DNA from: Fibrobacteria bacterium
GTDB lineage: Bacteria; Fibrobacterota; Fibrobacteria; UBA11236
Direction of reading: 5' to 3'
DNA: 64,000 bases
Assembly: GCA_043732185.1 (NCBI GenBank)
Contig: JAYTHY010000046.1
Location: 32,001 to 96,000 of the forward strand
In this document: in pieces, positions 9,825 to 19,816 of the stretch
How positions within the stretch are numbered: the stretch's first letter is position 1
How the letters are laid out: the number at the start of each line of letters is the position of its first letter
Made by a program: the position numbers and the translations under genes
Notes under the pieces: model-generated
What the model saw: the letters and a program-made list of their open reading frames with translations, nothing else
What the model was told of the DNA's origin: nothing
Database searches by the model: none

Positions 9825-11093
9825 TTAGGCCGAATTCTCCGAGATATGCAACCTAAGTAGGTTGAGGGCCGAATAACATGACCGGGATCTCACTGTACGA
9901 CGATCACCCCGAAATTGAAACTTGTGTGCCAACGCTGCTTTTTGCGAGGCGACGGCAATCCACACCGTACCCACTGGTTTTTCACTGGTTCCTCCATCCG
10001 GGCCAGCAATGCCAGTTATGGCACAGGCATATTGGGCATTGGAACGGATTAAACAGCCCTTAACCATGGCCAAAGCGCATGCCTCAGACACTGCGCCATG
10101 TGTATTCAATAGCTCCGGATCGACGCCCAGCATTTCGCTTTTGGCGGCATTGGAATAGGTCAGGAAGCCCTTTTGGAATATTGCTGAACTTCCGGGAAGG
10201 TCCGTCAGCAAGGCCGCTAATCCGCCACCTGTACAGGATTCTGCTACCGAGACCTGGGCTCGTTCTGCGAGGAGCTGCCTTTGGACGATCTCCACAAGAT
10301 CGGCACCATGCGCATCCACAACGGCCTCGCTTGGTATAGCCGCAACCAGAGCCTTCCAAATGCCATCCAACTCAACCTGTCGGTCTTCCCTCTCCTCGGT
10401 GGCAATCAAACAGCTTAGAGAAAGCTTGACCCCTTTTTCATTGGGGAGACTCGAAAACTGAAATGGAGGATGGATATTTACGGATCCAAAGGCTTGCCGT
10501 TGACTGCCTTCCGACCAGCCGAACACCCAAAGTGACCGTTCCAGCAACTGCTGCCTAGACGGGATAGCCGGCAACAGGTGCAAAGTGGCCATGGCCTTGA
10601 GCTCGGACGGAACTCCTGGAAATGCAAAGAGGGATATCCCGCGATATGTGGTTTTAAACCCACACGCTGTGCCCGTAGGATTGCGCAGCGGTATCGTGGA
10701 CTCAGGAATAGTCGCTTGGATTCTTTGTCCAGGCGGAATTTCATCCATTGTTTTCCCGAGAAATGCACCCAGCCAATTGAGCGCATCCGCACTCTCAATA
10801 ACTTTCTTATTTAAAAATGCAGCCACGGCCTCCCGCGTCAAATCATCCCGTGTCGGTCCTAATCCACCGGTCAATACCAGAACCTCGACGCGAACTTGCT
10901 CCGACCTGTACTGAGTACCTCCAGTAATCCATTCCAAAGCACCGGCCAAGTTTTTGGCATGGTCGCCAACTACAATTGCAAACACAATCTCATGACCCAA
11001 AGACGCCAACAGGCGCGAAAGCTCGAACTGATTGGTATTCAGGATTTTTCCGGACAGAAGCTCATCGCCGATATTCACAATGCCGATTCTCAT
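9825..11093 (-). CDS. cinA: CinA family protein (MoCF/ADP-ribose pyrophosphatase domain + PncC NMN deamidase)
   Basis: [44 protein letters not shown]...KPVGTVWI. Directly upstream of recA. Confidence 0.95.
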   Translation of the reverse strand: MRIGIVNIGDELLSGKILNTNQFELSRLLASLGHEIVFAIVVGDHAKNLAGALEWITGGTQYRSEQVRVEVLVLTGGLGPTRDDLTREAVAAFLNKKVIESADALNWLGAFLGKTMDEIPPGQRIQATIPESTIPLRNPTGTACGFKTTYRGISLFAFPGVPSELKAMATLHLLPAIPSRQQLLERSLWVFGWSEGSQRQAFGSVNIHPPFQFSSLPNEKGVKLSLSCLIATEEREDRQVELDGIWKALVAAIPSEAVVDAHGADLVEIVQRQLLAERAQVSVAESCTGGGLAALLTDLPGSSAIFQKGFLTYSNAAKSEMLGVDPELLNTHGAVSEACALAMVKGCLIRSNAQYACAITGIAGPDGGTSEKPVGTVWIAVASQKAALAHKFQFRGDRRTVRSRSCYSALNLLRLHISENSA

Positions 11094-11198
11094 ATTTGAA
11101 ATATACCACCTACATGAGGACAGTAAATGTCACCTTTGAGAATCCCGTACGATCCTGTTGCGAGCACTTCTTGTTACTTTTCCTTACGGTATCCACAC

Positions 11199-12161
11199 AT
11201 GGCAAAAACCTTCCACTTCCCTCTGTTCGCTTGGATCGCGCTTCTTCTTTGCCCGATAAGTACTTACAGTCAAGGCCATAGCGGAATCCCGGAAATCGAC
11301 ACGCTTCCCCTTTATGATTGGAGCGTCGGGACCCGGCAGCTATCCTATACCAAGGCCTTGACACTTTCAGCCTTATTGCCTGGCGGCGGACAAATATATG
11401 GCCAACATCCCGTACGAGGCGGCTTTCTTATCGGTTTGGAGACGATGTTGGTAGGCCTGGCCACGTATTCGAATCTCGTGGACATTCCAGCCTGGCGGGA
11501 CGAAGCACGTAAGGCCCTGGACTCGGCCGATGTGCTTTTTGGAATGGAAGGCCGCCTAACCGTGGACAGTATTGCCCCACTGGAAAAGCGACGTTTGGAT
11601 AAAGTGGCGTTTGCTCGGCAGCGCAGCCAATTGGCATCGCAGCAACAAGATTTGACCCGGTCCCAATTCGCCTGGGCCGCAGGACTGCATGTTTATGGAA
11701 TGCTCGATGCCGTTGAAATCACCTACTTGAGTAAACATCGCGATAATAAAACCCGATCCATTTCCTCCGCGCTCTATCGGGGCATGCTGTTTCCAGGCGG
11801 CGGGCAATTGTACAATCGACGCTATGGCAAATTTGGATTGTTATGGATGACGCTAGGCGCCAGTGCGGTATCAGCCTATTCACGACAAGAAATGGTTTCA
11901 CTTTTAAACCATCGACTTAGCACCGCGCGCCTCGAAACCGGAGTAGGGAGATCCTTGCAAGTGACGGAATTGGAAAAAGACAGAACCCTATACCGGAAGC
12001 GTCGCAATCAATATTTCTGGGGTATGTCTTTATTTTACGTATATGCCATTTTGGACGGAATGGTGGATGCGGCGCTATCGGACTTTGATGCCCCTCAGCA
12101 TTTTGCCCTTAGCCTGACACCTTCAGGCGCAGTCGGCGGTCAACTGTCCTTGCCCTTCTAA
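11199..12161 (+). CDS. Membrane/secreted protein with two DUF5683-like repeats
   Basis: Duplicated SALLPGGGQIY / GMLFPGGGQLYN...YGK motifs, each followed later by Y..LD. C-terminal F. Start 11199 (track gives 11127). Confidence 0.65.
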   Translation: MAKTFHFPLFAWIALLLCPISTYSQGHSGIPEIDTLPLYDWSVGTRQLSYTKALTLSALLPGGGQIYGQHPVRGGFLIGLETMLVGLATYSNLVDIPAWRDEARKALDSADVLFGMEGRLTVDSIAPLEKRRLDKVAFARQRSQLASQQQDLTRSQFAWAAGLHVYGMLDAVEITYLSKHRDNKTRSISSALYRGMLFPGGGQLYNRRYGKFGLLWMTLGASAVSAYSRQEMVSLLNHRLSTARLETGVGRSLQVTELEKDRTLYRKRRNQYFWGMSLFYVYAILDGMVDAALSDFDAPQHFALSLTPSGAVGGQLSLPF

Positions 12162-12182
12162 AGTCCCTGCCCTTCTAAACTG

Positions 12183-12617
12183 CTAACCGAAACCTGATTG
12201 GCTTGGGTGGCGGTCCAGAAAGGCCTGCCATTGCTGGTTTAGGTAAGCCAAGGCTTGTGATTCCGATTCTGCATTTTCCAAATACTCTTCCAGGCATTCC
12301 ACCACTGTAGGGGGTTCGATATGTTTGATCCACATGTTCAATCGGAAGTCGAAATAAATATTGCGATGATCAAAAGGAAAATCTGCCGGAACCCGCTCCG
12401 CCAATTGTATCATCTGCTCCGCTGAAAACCCTAATTCAGCTAAGGGAAGCAAAAAAAATGGAAGTTCACTTTTGTGATCCGGCTCCCTATTCGCGGTCGT
12501 AACGGAACCGGACATTTTGGACAGTGCGGATTCCAGAGCCTGGACCTGTGCAAGCGCCAATCGACCTAGCCTGGCTTCCAGATCATGATCCTTAAGCCTA
12601 AAAATACTTTGACCCAT
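12183..12617 (-). CDS. Hypothetical protein
   Basis: 144-aa ORF with GGAGGA SD. No family recognised. Confidence 0.65.
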   Translation of the reverse strand: MGQSIFRLKDHDLEARLGRLALAQVQALESALSKMSGSVTTANREPDHKSELPFFLLPLAELGFSAEQMIQLAERVPADFPFDHRNIYFDFRLNMWIKHIEPPTVVECLEEYLENAESESQALAYLNQQWQAFLDRHPSQSGFG

Positions 12618-12722
12618 TTAGATCCTCCAACAATTCCAGAATAACATTTCTTACAAGACTTAAGCCAGAAACGAACGAGGCGTAGTGATTTTATATGCGC
12701 GGGCATGAAAATTCTGGCCAAT

Positions 12723-12753
12723 AAAAAAGCCCCGGGCTGTGCAGGCCCAGGGC
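12723..12753 (-). terminator. Intrinsic terminator of the large lipoprotein gene
   Basis: Minus strand GCCCTGGGC-loop-GCCCGGGGC followed by TTTTTT. Confidence 0.75.
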
Positions 12754-12775
12754 AGAAAATTCGAAAATATTTCGT

Positions 12776-15700
12776 TTACAAACCTGCGACGGGCCCCTTT
12801 TCAATAACAACGATATCATTATTGGGCGTTAGCATCGGCAACGTTGGATCCATCTTATCACCCAAGAAGACATAAGTCTTTGTGGGGACAGCAGCATCCC
12901 TGACTGTTGCAATAATACCATCGGTCATGACTGTCGAAGCATCTACCTTGGCGTCTAGCAATCCGGTCGGAGTCATGACTTTGACCATATTTGCTTTGAA
13001 AGCCAACGCTGGGGCAATTTTATCGATAGAACCTTTATAAGGCTGGGGCTTGGTGCTGTCCGGAGGGACAGGACCACAAACTGCCTTGGTCGGGTCGCAG
13101 ACTGGCGCAGGACCACAAACTGCCTTGGTCGGGTCGCAGACTGGCGCAGGACCACAGGGACCCTTGGTTGGGTCACACACTGGGGCGGGACCACAAGGAC
13201 CCTTGGTTGGGTCACACACTGGGGCGGGACCACAAGGACCCTTGGTCGGGTCACAAACGGGTGCTGGGCAGGATTGCACCAACGGATCGCACACGGGTGC
13301 AGGACCGCACGGGCCCTTGGTCGGGTCGCACACTGGGGCAGGGCAAGTTCCCTTAGTGGGGTCACAGACCGGAGCCGGTCCGCATGGGCCTTTAGCCGGG
13401 TCGCAAACCGGGAGCGGGCCGATATTGGATGGGCAGGACATGGAAGTGAAATACTCCGCACTCATCAGACGCATCTCCACCACGAAAACGCTGTAGCGAA
13501 TATCGCCGTAGGAATCACGTGCTTTGTCGATGCGCTGAGGCATGCCAGGCGTAAACTGATCTTCCATGAGTACGAAAATGGTACCCTTCACCATAGGCAA
13601 GGACAGGGAGTCCGATTGATGAATAAATTTGCTCGAATCGGAACCATCCCGCGGAGCCAATGTTACCGGGGTCAAGACCACCTGTCCGCATAATCCCATT
13701 TTGGCGTTTTGAACATTAATGGAGTCATACTTCACCCTATAAATGCGCCCGGCGAGCGATACATAGAAGTAATCATCCGCCTTGACCATTGCCTTTTCCA
13801 GGTAAACCTTAAAGGAAGTTGTTCCTCCCATGAAAGGTTTAGAAAAAGAAGTGCCAGGGTTGGGGTTTGGATTGGTGATACATCCCTTAGCCGGATCGCA
13901 AACTGGTGCGGGGCCACACGGTCCCTTGGTCGGATCGCAAACTGGCGTGGGATTGCATGGGCCTTTAAGGGGATCGCAAGGTGTCGGATTGGTACCGGGC
14001 TGCATGACGAATCCAGCGCCGGTCTTGTCCTGTGCAATCCATCCCTTCATGACGCCCGTTATGCCGTCAGGGCTTGGTGTCATTTCAGCCTTGAGAGCCT
14101 TAGCATTGATCTGTCCCGGATAGCTCTTATGGATGCCGGCGGAATCAGATTCCTGGAAGAAATGGCCATCCACGATCCAGCTATCTTTACCGTCATACAG
14201 AATCTTGCCGCCAACTTCCGAACGTTTGAAGCTGGTACCCACAGTAACCCGTTTTTCCCCCTGGAATTCAAAGCTGCCGTCCGGTTGGCTGCGGAACATG
14301 AGATTATCGACCACGGCCAACGTATCGCCGAAATCATCAACCAAGGTCACGGTGCCTTTGGTAAAGGTGATCAAAGAACCTTCCTTGACACCAGAAGGAG
14401 GCAATCGATAACTGATCGTCATTGGTTGAGGATTATTGATAGGATTGATAATCCCTCCGGTTACAGATCCACCGCCAGTTCCGGGAAGGAACCGGGTCAC
14501 ATCTTCACCACGACCGCTGGCAGCGAATTGACCAACGTAGGGACCACTGCCGAAGTTGGTGGAGGTTTTTGGAACAGCAGTAATCATGTCCACAGGACCC
14601 ATCATGAGAGATTGATTAGGGTCATAATGTCCACGCAATAGCAAGGCGCGGCCGGCATCGGGACCGGTTTTGGATAAGGTGACGGGTACGCGCACTTCAC
14701 CTGACATTTCATCAAAGAGTGTTCGGACGGTATCTGCTAGTGTATCCATTCCAATAACTGCAGAATAAGTCACCCACATCAGTTTGAGTGTGTCGGTATA
14801 TAGTTTGAAAGAAATGCTGTTGAGGTTGGGTCCCATCTGGAACTTACCTGCGAACACTCCCACCGGTGCGGATGCGCGGGCGCGCGTGCCGGGGTTGCTC
14901 TTGGCATCCATCGGATTGAATCCTGACATCATTTCGATTTCATCGGGGAATCCATCGGAATCAGAATCCACCCAAATAATTCCCAGCCCAACCAGCTTAG
15001 TGATTTCTCCCTTTACACCAACAGCATCGGCCTTTTTGAAGATTAGACTGTCGGTACCTTTAGGATCCAGCATGGCTTCCAAGAAATCAGCCAAGCCATC
15101 TCCATCCGTGTCCACGCGGAAGTCAGGAACGGAATTTCTGTCATTTGGATTGGTTTTGTACTTGATTTCCATCTGATCCGGAACACCGTCCTGATCCATA
15201 TCGCCAAAGCTGCTGCCTGTATTCATGCCTGGTTGAGCGTTAACGAATTGCTGCTGATTGTTTTGTAATTGGTTAAAGGCTACATCACCCTGTGGGAAGG
15301 TCTTACAGGCAAAGTATCCTCGTACAGTGCCGAAGTCCGACTCGCCATAGAAGCGACTGGGATTGAAACCACTGGCTAAGAATTGAACAGCGCTAGTATC
15401 CTTGATGGCGATGACCTTCCAATTATAGACGCCACCAAAACCAGTGGCCACATCCACCACCTTGGTAATGGCATTCTCGTACATGGTACGTTCCCAACCT
15501 GGCAGTTTGAGGTCTTGGGCACGACGGAGAATCATGGAAGCATTGGTACCCTCCACGCCACCTGCAGAATTGAGCACAAAGCTCTCTGGCAGGCCGGTTT
15601 TATTGGACGCCTTCACAAAGATCAAGGCACCGTAAGGAGGACGGCCAAAGCAGAATTTAGGATCCTCGGCCAATCCGACGATGTACCCACCTACGCTGTC

Positions 15701-17959
15701 GTGTTTAACGCCGTTGAATTTAAAGGTGATTTTTCCGGCAGCATCCATGGCGTTGTCTTTAAGAGGCGCAACCAGGTTGATGGGCTGAGCTTGAACGATT
15801 CCGAAATCCTTCGTATCCACAGCCTTGTCGTAATCCGCACGATTGGTTTGTTTGGAAGGCGAAATAATGGAAGTGACCAGCCATTTGGCGCCGTCAAAAA
15901 CCAAGGTGAACTTCAAAATTTGGAAGCTGGTATCGATCAATGAACCTGCACAAGCCTGGTGCATATCCCCGAAGTTGAGGCGGTTGTATTTCCGATAATC
16001 AATCATTTTGACAGCCAGTTTTGCAGTGTCTTTGACAATGCTTACACCCGGGTCAACATGGAATTCGGATTTGTTGTCAAGCTTAACGGCTTCCAGAACC
16101 ACGGTGGAAGTTTGGCGCAACATATCGCCCATAAAGCGCATGTCTCCACGCGCAGCGTCCATGTTGACAGGACCAAAGAACTTGGTCATGTCAGGTCCAA
16201 AACCGTATTTCTTGCCTTTGTACGTGAATCGAGGTCCGGTGGGATCCCAAGTCAAGTCAGTGGCTTTGATATCGACTTTATCTAGTGTATAGGCTCGGGG
16301 CGTTTGGCCCGGGGAGACAAACGCATCTACCCAAATCTGGTCGGCCGCGAGACCACCTTCAGCACCCACCTTCCAACGATTGATATTGGCGCCATCCTTA
16401 CACGCATCCGTGGAATTGTCGAAAACGGGGCCAGGGAAGCCAGCGGACATGGCTTGACTTTCTCCCACGTCCTTGCGAATCATATCCAAAAATTCGGTTT
16501 TGGATTTCATGGTTCCATCATCCGAGTACATACGGAAATTGGCATGGAACGCGGCGCCAAATCGGCCCACATCACCGGCTAAATAGGCATCAAAAGCACC
16601 TTCCACGGCCAGAGCCACTTGCTTGGCCCTGCCAGTATCCGCCGATGCTGCGCCTTCAAAATCCTTGACAGTAAACGAAAAGGCCTCTTCCTTGGCTAAG
16701 GCCGAACCGGCCAAATCCATGACCGTAACAGGCAGGGTAATGGTATATGTCTTGCCAACCGCCAGGGGAAGTTTATGGATGAATACAGCTCGGGCGCCGG
16801 AGACTTCAAAATAACCGGTTACCGCTGGTTCAATTTTCGCATTTTTCAAAATGGAAAAAGCTTCTACAGGCCGGCTGAAACTCACACCAGGATTCTGGAT
16901 GGGCTTGATGCTACCGGAATTTTCCGGAAACGTGGATGTTACGGCAAAGGGAACTGCTGCCAAAGATGCGCTAGCTACTGTAACAAAGGTTGCTTTGTAT
17001 TCCTTATCCAATGGATTTTTGGCCAAATCTTTCATGTTGACTGGAATGATCAATCCGTATTGAACACCCGTTGCCAAAGTAGGCAGGGTCAAAGTCAGTT
17101 CTTTGCTATCCCCGCTCCAGCTCATGGCAACATCTTTGACGGTGTCGGCCAATACCATGGATGTCGACGTATTACTGGTATCAATTTTACCTATGATCAC
17201 TCGCTTGGAGCTGGTAGAGTCTCGGCTCATGGGCTCGGAGAAGGTGATGTTGAGTTTGGCACCTTTATCGGCGACAGAGCCAACCAGGAAGATTCCGTCG
17301 GCATTGGCAGTAGTCGCATCATACACTCCGGATACCGAAGGCGCAGTCACGTCTTCAATGGCAATGGCCGTATCCATTTTAAGGGCCGTGTCAGCCATGG
17401 GATTCATATTTGGAATGGAGGTCGTTACCAGTTGAAAGGTTTCCAAATCCAAATACACGGCAAAGCCGAAATACTTTCCCGCTGGAAGAACTGCCACATA
17501 CGAACCGGTCGAGTCCGTGGTGAGTTTGGCATCCGGCAGGGTGGTTGGCTTCAAGGAATTGAAAACCAAAATGGTTGCGCCCGTAAGTGGGATTTCCGTC
17601 TTGGTGAGCAGCCGGCGCTCGCCGGCAGCATTACTGGCTTGCTTCAGCAAACCAGAAGCGATGGACTTGCTTTCACCAGTCAGAAAACCGGTGACCACGC
17701 CCAGGCCCTTGCCCTTATTGGCCTTGACGAGTGAATCTAGAGCCGTAGCCACAGCCTTGACTTCCGGTTTGTTGGGATCCGTGGGCACCACAATCTTTGC
17801 CTTACCACCTTTGGCCGAACAGCCAAAGAATGCCATGGACAAAGCGCATAGCGCCATGACCAGGGTAATTTTGTTGAATCGGAATCCATTTAAATCGATT
17901 CCAGCCCTTGTAAACATTGCCTTTAAGTGATTTGATTCGAGCATTTTCGAGTTCTCCAT
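12776..17959 (-). CDS. Giant multidomain surface lipoprotein: carboxypeptidase-regulatory-like domain, two Ig-like (Big_5/SbsA) domains, NTF2-like region, DxDxDG Ca-binding repeats and Cys/Pro repeats
   Basis: Lipobox AFFGC, TTDSTGSY, ITFSEPM...KDLAKNPL, VSFSRPV...VMDLAGSAL, DMDQDGVPD / DTDGDGLAD / DSDSDGFPD, and CDPTKGPCGPAPV repeats. Confidence 0.85.
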   Translation of the reverse strand: MENSKMLESNHLKAMFTRAGIDLNGFRFNKITLVMALCALSMAFFGCSAKGGKAKIVVPTDPNKPEVKAVATALDSLVKANKGKGLGVVTGFLTGESKSIASGLLKQASNAAGERRLLTKTEIPLTGATILVFNSLKPTTLPDAKLTTDSTGSYVAVLPAGKYFGFAVYLDLETFQLVTTSIPNMNPMADTALKMDTAIAIEDVTAPSVSGVYDATTANADGIFLVGSVADKGAKLNITFSEPMSRDSTSSKRVIIGKIDTSNTSTSMVLADTVKDVAMSWSGDSKELTLTLPTLATGVQYGLIIPVNMKDLAKNPLDKEYKATFVTVASASLAAVPFAVTSTFPENSGSIKPIQNPGVSFSRPVEAFSILKNAKIEPAVTGYFEVSGARAVFIHKLPLAVGKTYTITLPVTVMDLAGSALAKEEAFSFTVKDFEGAASADTGRAKQVALAVEGAFDAYLAGDVGRFGAAFHANFRMYSDDGTMKSKTEFLDMIRKDVGESQAMSAGFPGPVFDNSTDACKDGANINRWKVGAEGGLAADQIWVDAFVSPGQTPRAYTLDKVDIKATDLTWDPTGPRFTYKGKKYGFGPDMTKFFGPVNMDAARGDMRFMGDMLRQTSTVVLEAVKLDNKSEFHVDPGVSIVKDTAKLAVKMIDYRKYNRLNFGDMHQACAGSLIDTSFQILKFTLVFDGAKWLVTSIISPSKQTNRADYDKAVDTKDFGIVQAQPINLVAPLKDNAMDAAGKITFKFNGVKHDSVGGYIVGLAEDPKFCFGRPPYGALIFVKASNKTGLPESFVLNSAGGVEGTNASMILRRAQDLKLPGWERTMYENAITKVVDVATGFGGVYNWKVIAIKDTSAVQFLASGFNPSRFYGESDFGTVRGYFACKTFPQGDVAFNQLQNNQQQFVNAQPGMNTGSSFGDMDQDGVPDQMEIKYKTNPNDRNSVPDFRVDTDGDGLADFLEAMLDPKGTDSLIFKKADAVGVKGEITKLVGLGIIWVDSDSDGFPDEIEMMSGFNPMDAKSNPGTRARASAPVGVFAGKFQMGPNLNSISFKLYTDTLKLMWVTYSAVIGMDTLADTVRTLFDEMSGEVRVPVTLSKTGPDAGRALLLRGHYDPNQSLMMGPVDMITAVPKTSTNFGSGPYVGQFAASGRGEDVTRFLPGTGGGSVTGGIINPINNPQPMTISYRLPPSGVKEGSLITFTKGTVTLVDDFGDTLAVVDNLMFRSQPDGSFEFQGEKRVTVGTSFKRSEVGGKILYDGKDSWIVDGHFFQESDSAGIHKSYPGQINAKALKAEMTPSPDGITGVMKGWIAQDKTGAGFVMQPGTNPTPCDPLKGPCNPTPVCDPTKGPCGPAPVCDPAKGCITNPNPNPGTSFSKPFMGGTTSFKVYLEKAMVKADDYFYVSLAGRIYRVKYDSINVQNAKMGLCGQVVLTPVTLAPRDGSDSSKFIHQSDSLSLPMVKGTIFVLMEDQFTPGMPQRIDKARDSYGDIRYSVFVVEMRLMSAEYFTSMSCPSNIGPLPVCDPAKGPCGPAPVCDPTKGTCPAPVCDPTKGPCGPAPVCDPLVQSCPAPVCDPTKGPCGPAPVCDPTKGPCGPAPVCDPTKGPCGPAPVCDPTKAVCGPAPVCDPTKAVCGPVPPDSTKPQPYKGSIDKIAPALAFKANMVKVMTPTGLLDAKVDASTVMTDGIIATVRDAAVPTKTYVFLGDKMDPTLPMLTPNNDIVVIEKGPVAGL
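13062..13414 (-). repeat. Coding tandem repeat, 9 units of 36-39 bp (CDPTKGPCGPAPV consensus)
   Basis: Units counted in the translation. Some neighbouring units are near-identical in DNA, e.g. GGACCACAAACTGCCTTGGTCGGGTCGCAGACTGGCGCA twice. Confidence 0.95.
13880..13990 (-). repeat. Second block of the same Cys/Pro repeat (3 units)
   Basis: PTPCDPLKGPCNPTPVCDPTKGPCGPAPVCDPAKGC. Confidence 0.9.
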
Positions 17960-18283
17960 TTAGTTGTTCCTTGACCTAGGAATCCCTAATAGCCAAATCG
18001 ATTTTAGAGGGTGGTAAAAGAATCGGCAAGAATATTTCCGATTCCTTGGCGTGCCAAAGGACATACTGGCCTAGCGCAGGAAGCTATGTCGGAGTGGAAT
18101 CGCAAATTACTGTTTTTACTCTTGACATCGAAAAAGCTCAAGCCCTGCATGGACTTATATCAACTGCGGGTGGGCTTTAACGCGGTCTGGTCATTATTGC
18201 TAATTTCGATCTTGCACTTTTTTGAGACTGTCTCAGAAAAAATTGCACACATTCATAAGTACACGGGGAAGCGGGAAAATTAG

Positions 18284-19165
18284 ATGACAGTTCAAAGTAT
18301 GACCGGGTTTGGCAAAGCCGAAATCGTGGGTGAGGGCTACACGGCTACTGTAGAGCTGAAATCCGTCAACAATCGTTTTTTGGAATTCCAGGTCCGCACG
18401 TCCAAAAATATTCTTGCACTCGAATCCAAATTGAAACAGGATTTGGGAAAACACATCTCACGGGGCAGCATTTCCTGTCATATCCAATATGACAGTGTTG
18501 GTCCAGGTAGCGCCGGAGTTGCGCTCAATGAATCGGTGTTCAGCGCCTATGCCCTGCTGATTAAAACAGCACAAAGCAGATTGGGCCCAACGGCCGTTGT
18601 TAACATTTCCGACCTGTTGAAACTCCCGGACATCATCAGCGCTTCAGAAACGGCGGAACCTTTAGCCTTGATCTCTGAACGTATTTTTCCCGTATTCAAA
18701 AAGGCCTGCTTGGATTTGGTCGCCATGCGAGAAAAGGAAGGCCAAGTGCTTGCGGAAGATATGCGAACGCGCATCAACGCCTTTTTCCCCGGGCTTGATA
18801 CGGTGAAAAGCCTGGTCCCGCAGCGCCAGAAAGAACATGTAGCCAAACTCCGCGCCCGCGTGCAAGACCTGATCGGCGGTGCGACCCTTTCCGAGGATAG
18901 GATGATTACGGAAATTGGTCTCATGGCGGAACGCCTTGACGTTACGGAGGAAATCGTCCGATTGGAAGCCCATTTACATCATTTCCTGGATACCTTGACC
19001 AGCCATAAAGGACCGGGCAAACGATTGGGCTTTTTGTTGCAGGAAATGTTACGCGAGGTAAATACCATGGGAACCAAAAGTCAATTTTCCGATATGCAGC
19101 ACCTGTGCGTTTCTTGGAAAGAAGAATTGGAAATTATCCGGGAACAAATTCAGAATATCGAATAA
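18284..19165 (+). CDS. yicC: YicC/YloC family endoribonuclease
   Basis: SMTGFG, ELKSVNNRFLE, LDVTEEIVRL, GKRLGFLLQEMLREVNTMGTK, IREQIQNIE. Confidence 0.95.
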   Translation: MTVQSMTGFGKAEIVGEGYTATVELKSVNNRFLEFQVRTSKNILALESKLKQDLGKHISRGSISCHIQYDSVGPGSAGVALNESVFSAYALLIKTAQSRLGPTAVVNISDLLKLPDIISASETAEPLALISERIFPVFKKACLDLVAMREKEGQVLAEDMRTRINAFFPGLDTVKSLVPQRQKEHVAKLRARVQDLIGGATLSEDRMITEIGLMAERLDVTEEIVRLEAHLHHFLDTLTSHKGPGKRLGFLLQEMLREVNTMGTKSQFSDMQHLCVSWKEELEIIREQIQNIE

Positions 19166-19208
19166 CCCCAGCCGCTGCGACTGGACAACCCAGCAGCCGT
19201 GACGGGAA

Positions 19209-19580
19209 TTAAACGCTGGGAACGATGCTGGTTTTAATGTCCAGCGTCGTTCCGTATTCCGATTTGAGTTGCCGGTGCACTTCTTCCAATGAAAGCGGTG
19301 TGGTAATCAAATCGATTTCCAACTCTTCGGCACGCTTAATTTCCTTGGGCTTGGGCAGGTGACCATTGGAAAAAACGATGGCGGTGATATCCACTTCCTC
19401 TGCAACTTCCATCAAACGAATATGGACCAAGTTTGTGACGAGCATTATATTGGTCAGATCATCGGTAAGTTCATTCAGTGCTGAACCGACATAAACCAAA
19501 TCCACGGAATCGTGAATCAATTCTGCATTTACCAAGGTTCCCTTTATTGTGTCGATCATGGACCGCAAATCCGCTTGCAT
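19209..19580 (-). CDS. Stand-alone DRTGG-like domain protein
   Basis: IMLVTNL...LMEVAEEVDITAIVFSNGHLP...IKRAEELEIDLITTPLS pattern. Confidence 0.65.
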   Translation of the reverse strand: MQADLRSMIDTIKGTLVNAELIHDSVDLVYVGSALNELTDDLTNIMLVTNLVHIRLMEVAEEVDITAIVFSNGHLPKPKEIKRAEELEIDLITTPLSLEEVHRQLKSEYGTTLDIKTSIVPSV

Positions 19581-19816
19581 ATCGTTCAGCCTCTGCCTTT
19601 TCCTAAAATTTAAATCTCAACCCCAAAAACTAATTACACACTGTGCCTTCCGCATTCCTTTGTTGCAGGAAATTCTTAAGAACCCATAAAAAAAGCGGGT
19701 TAACTGGGATTTGCCCCGCTGCCAAATTTCGGTTACATTTCCAATTCCATCCTTATAAACCAGCCCCTGGCTTAGGATTAGAGGATATCACGACATTTGG
19801 AATCGGGGTGCTATAG

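Noticed and set aside
13062..13414. 36-39 bp periodic repeats as a CRISPR array
   Set aside because: Units are contiguous with no unique spacers, stay in frame and vary mainly at synonymous positions. No cas genes are present.
13709..17734. Long plus-strand ORFs (13709..14641, 16775..17734 and others)
   Set aside because: They are antisense shadows of the giant lipoprotein gene with no recognisable motifs.
18040..18060. sigma54 promoter (TGGCACG) upstream of the giant lipoprotein
   Set aside because: The -24 element matches, but the -12 TTGC is absent at the required spacing.
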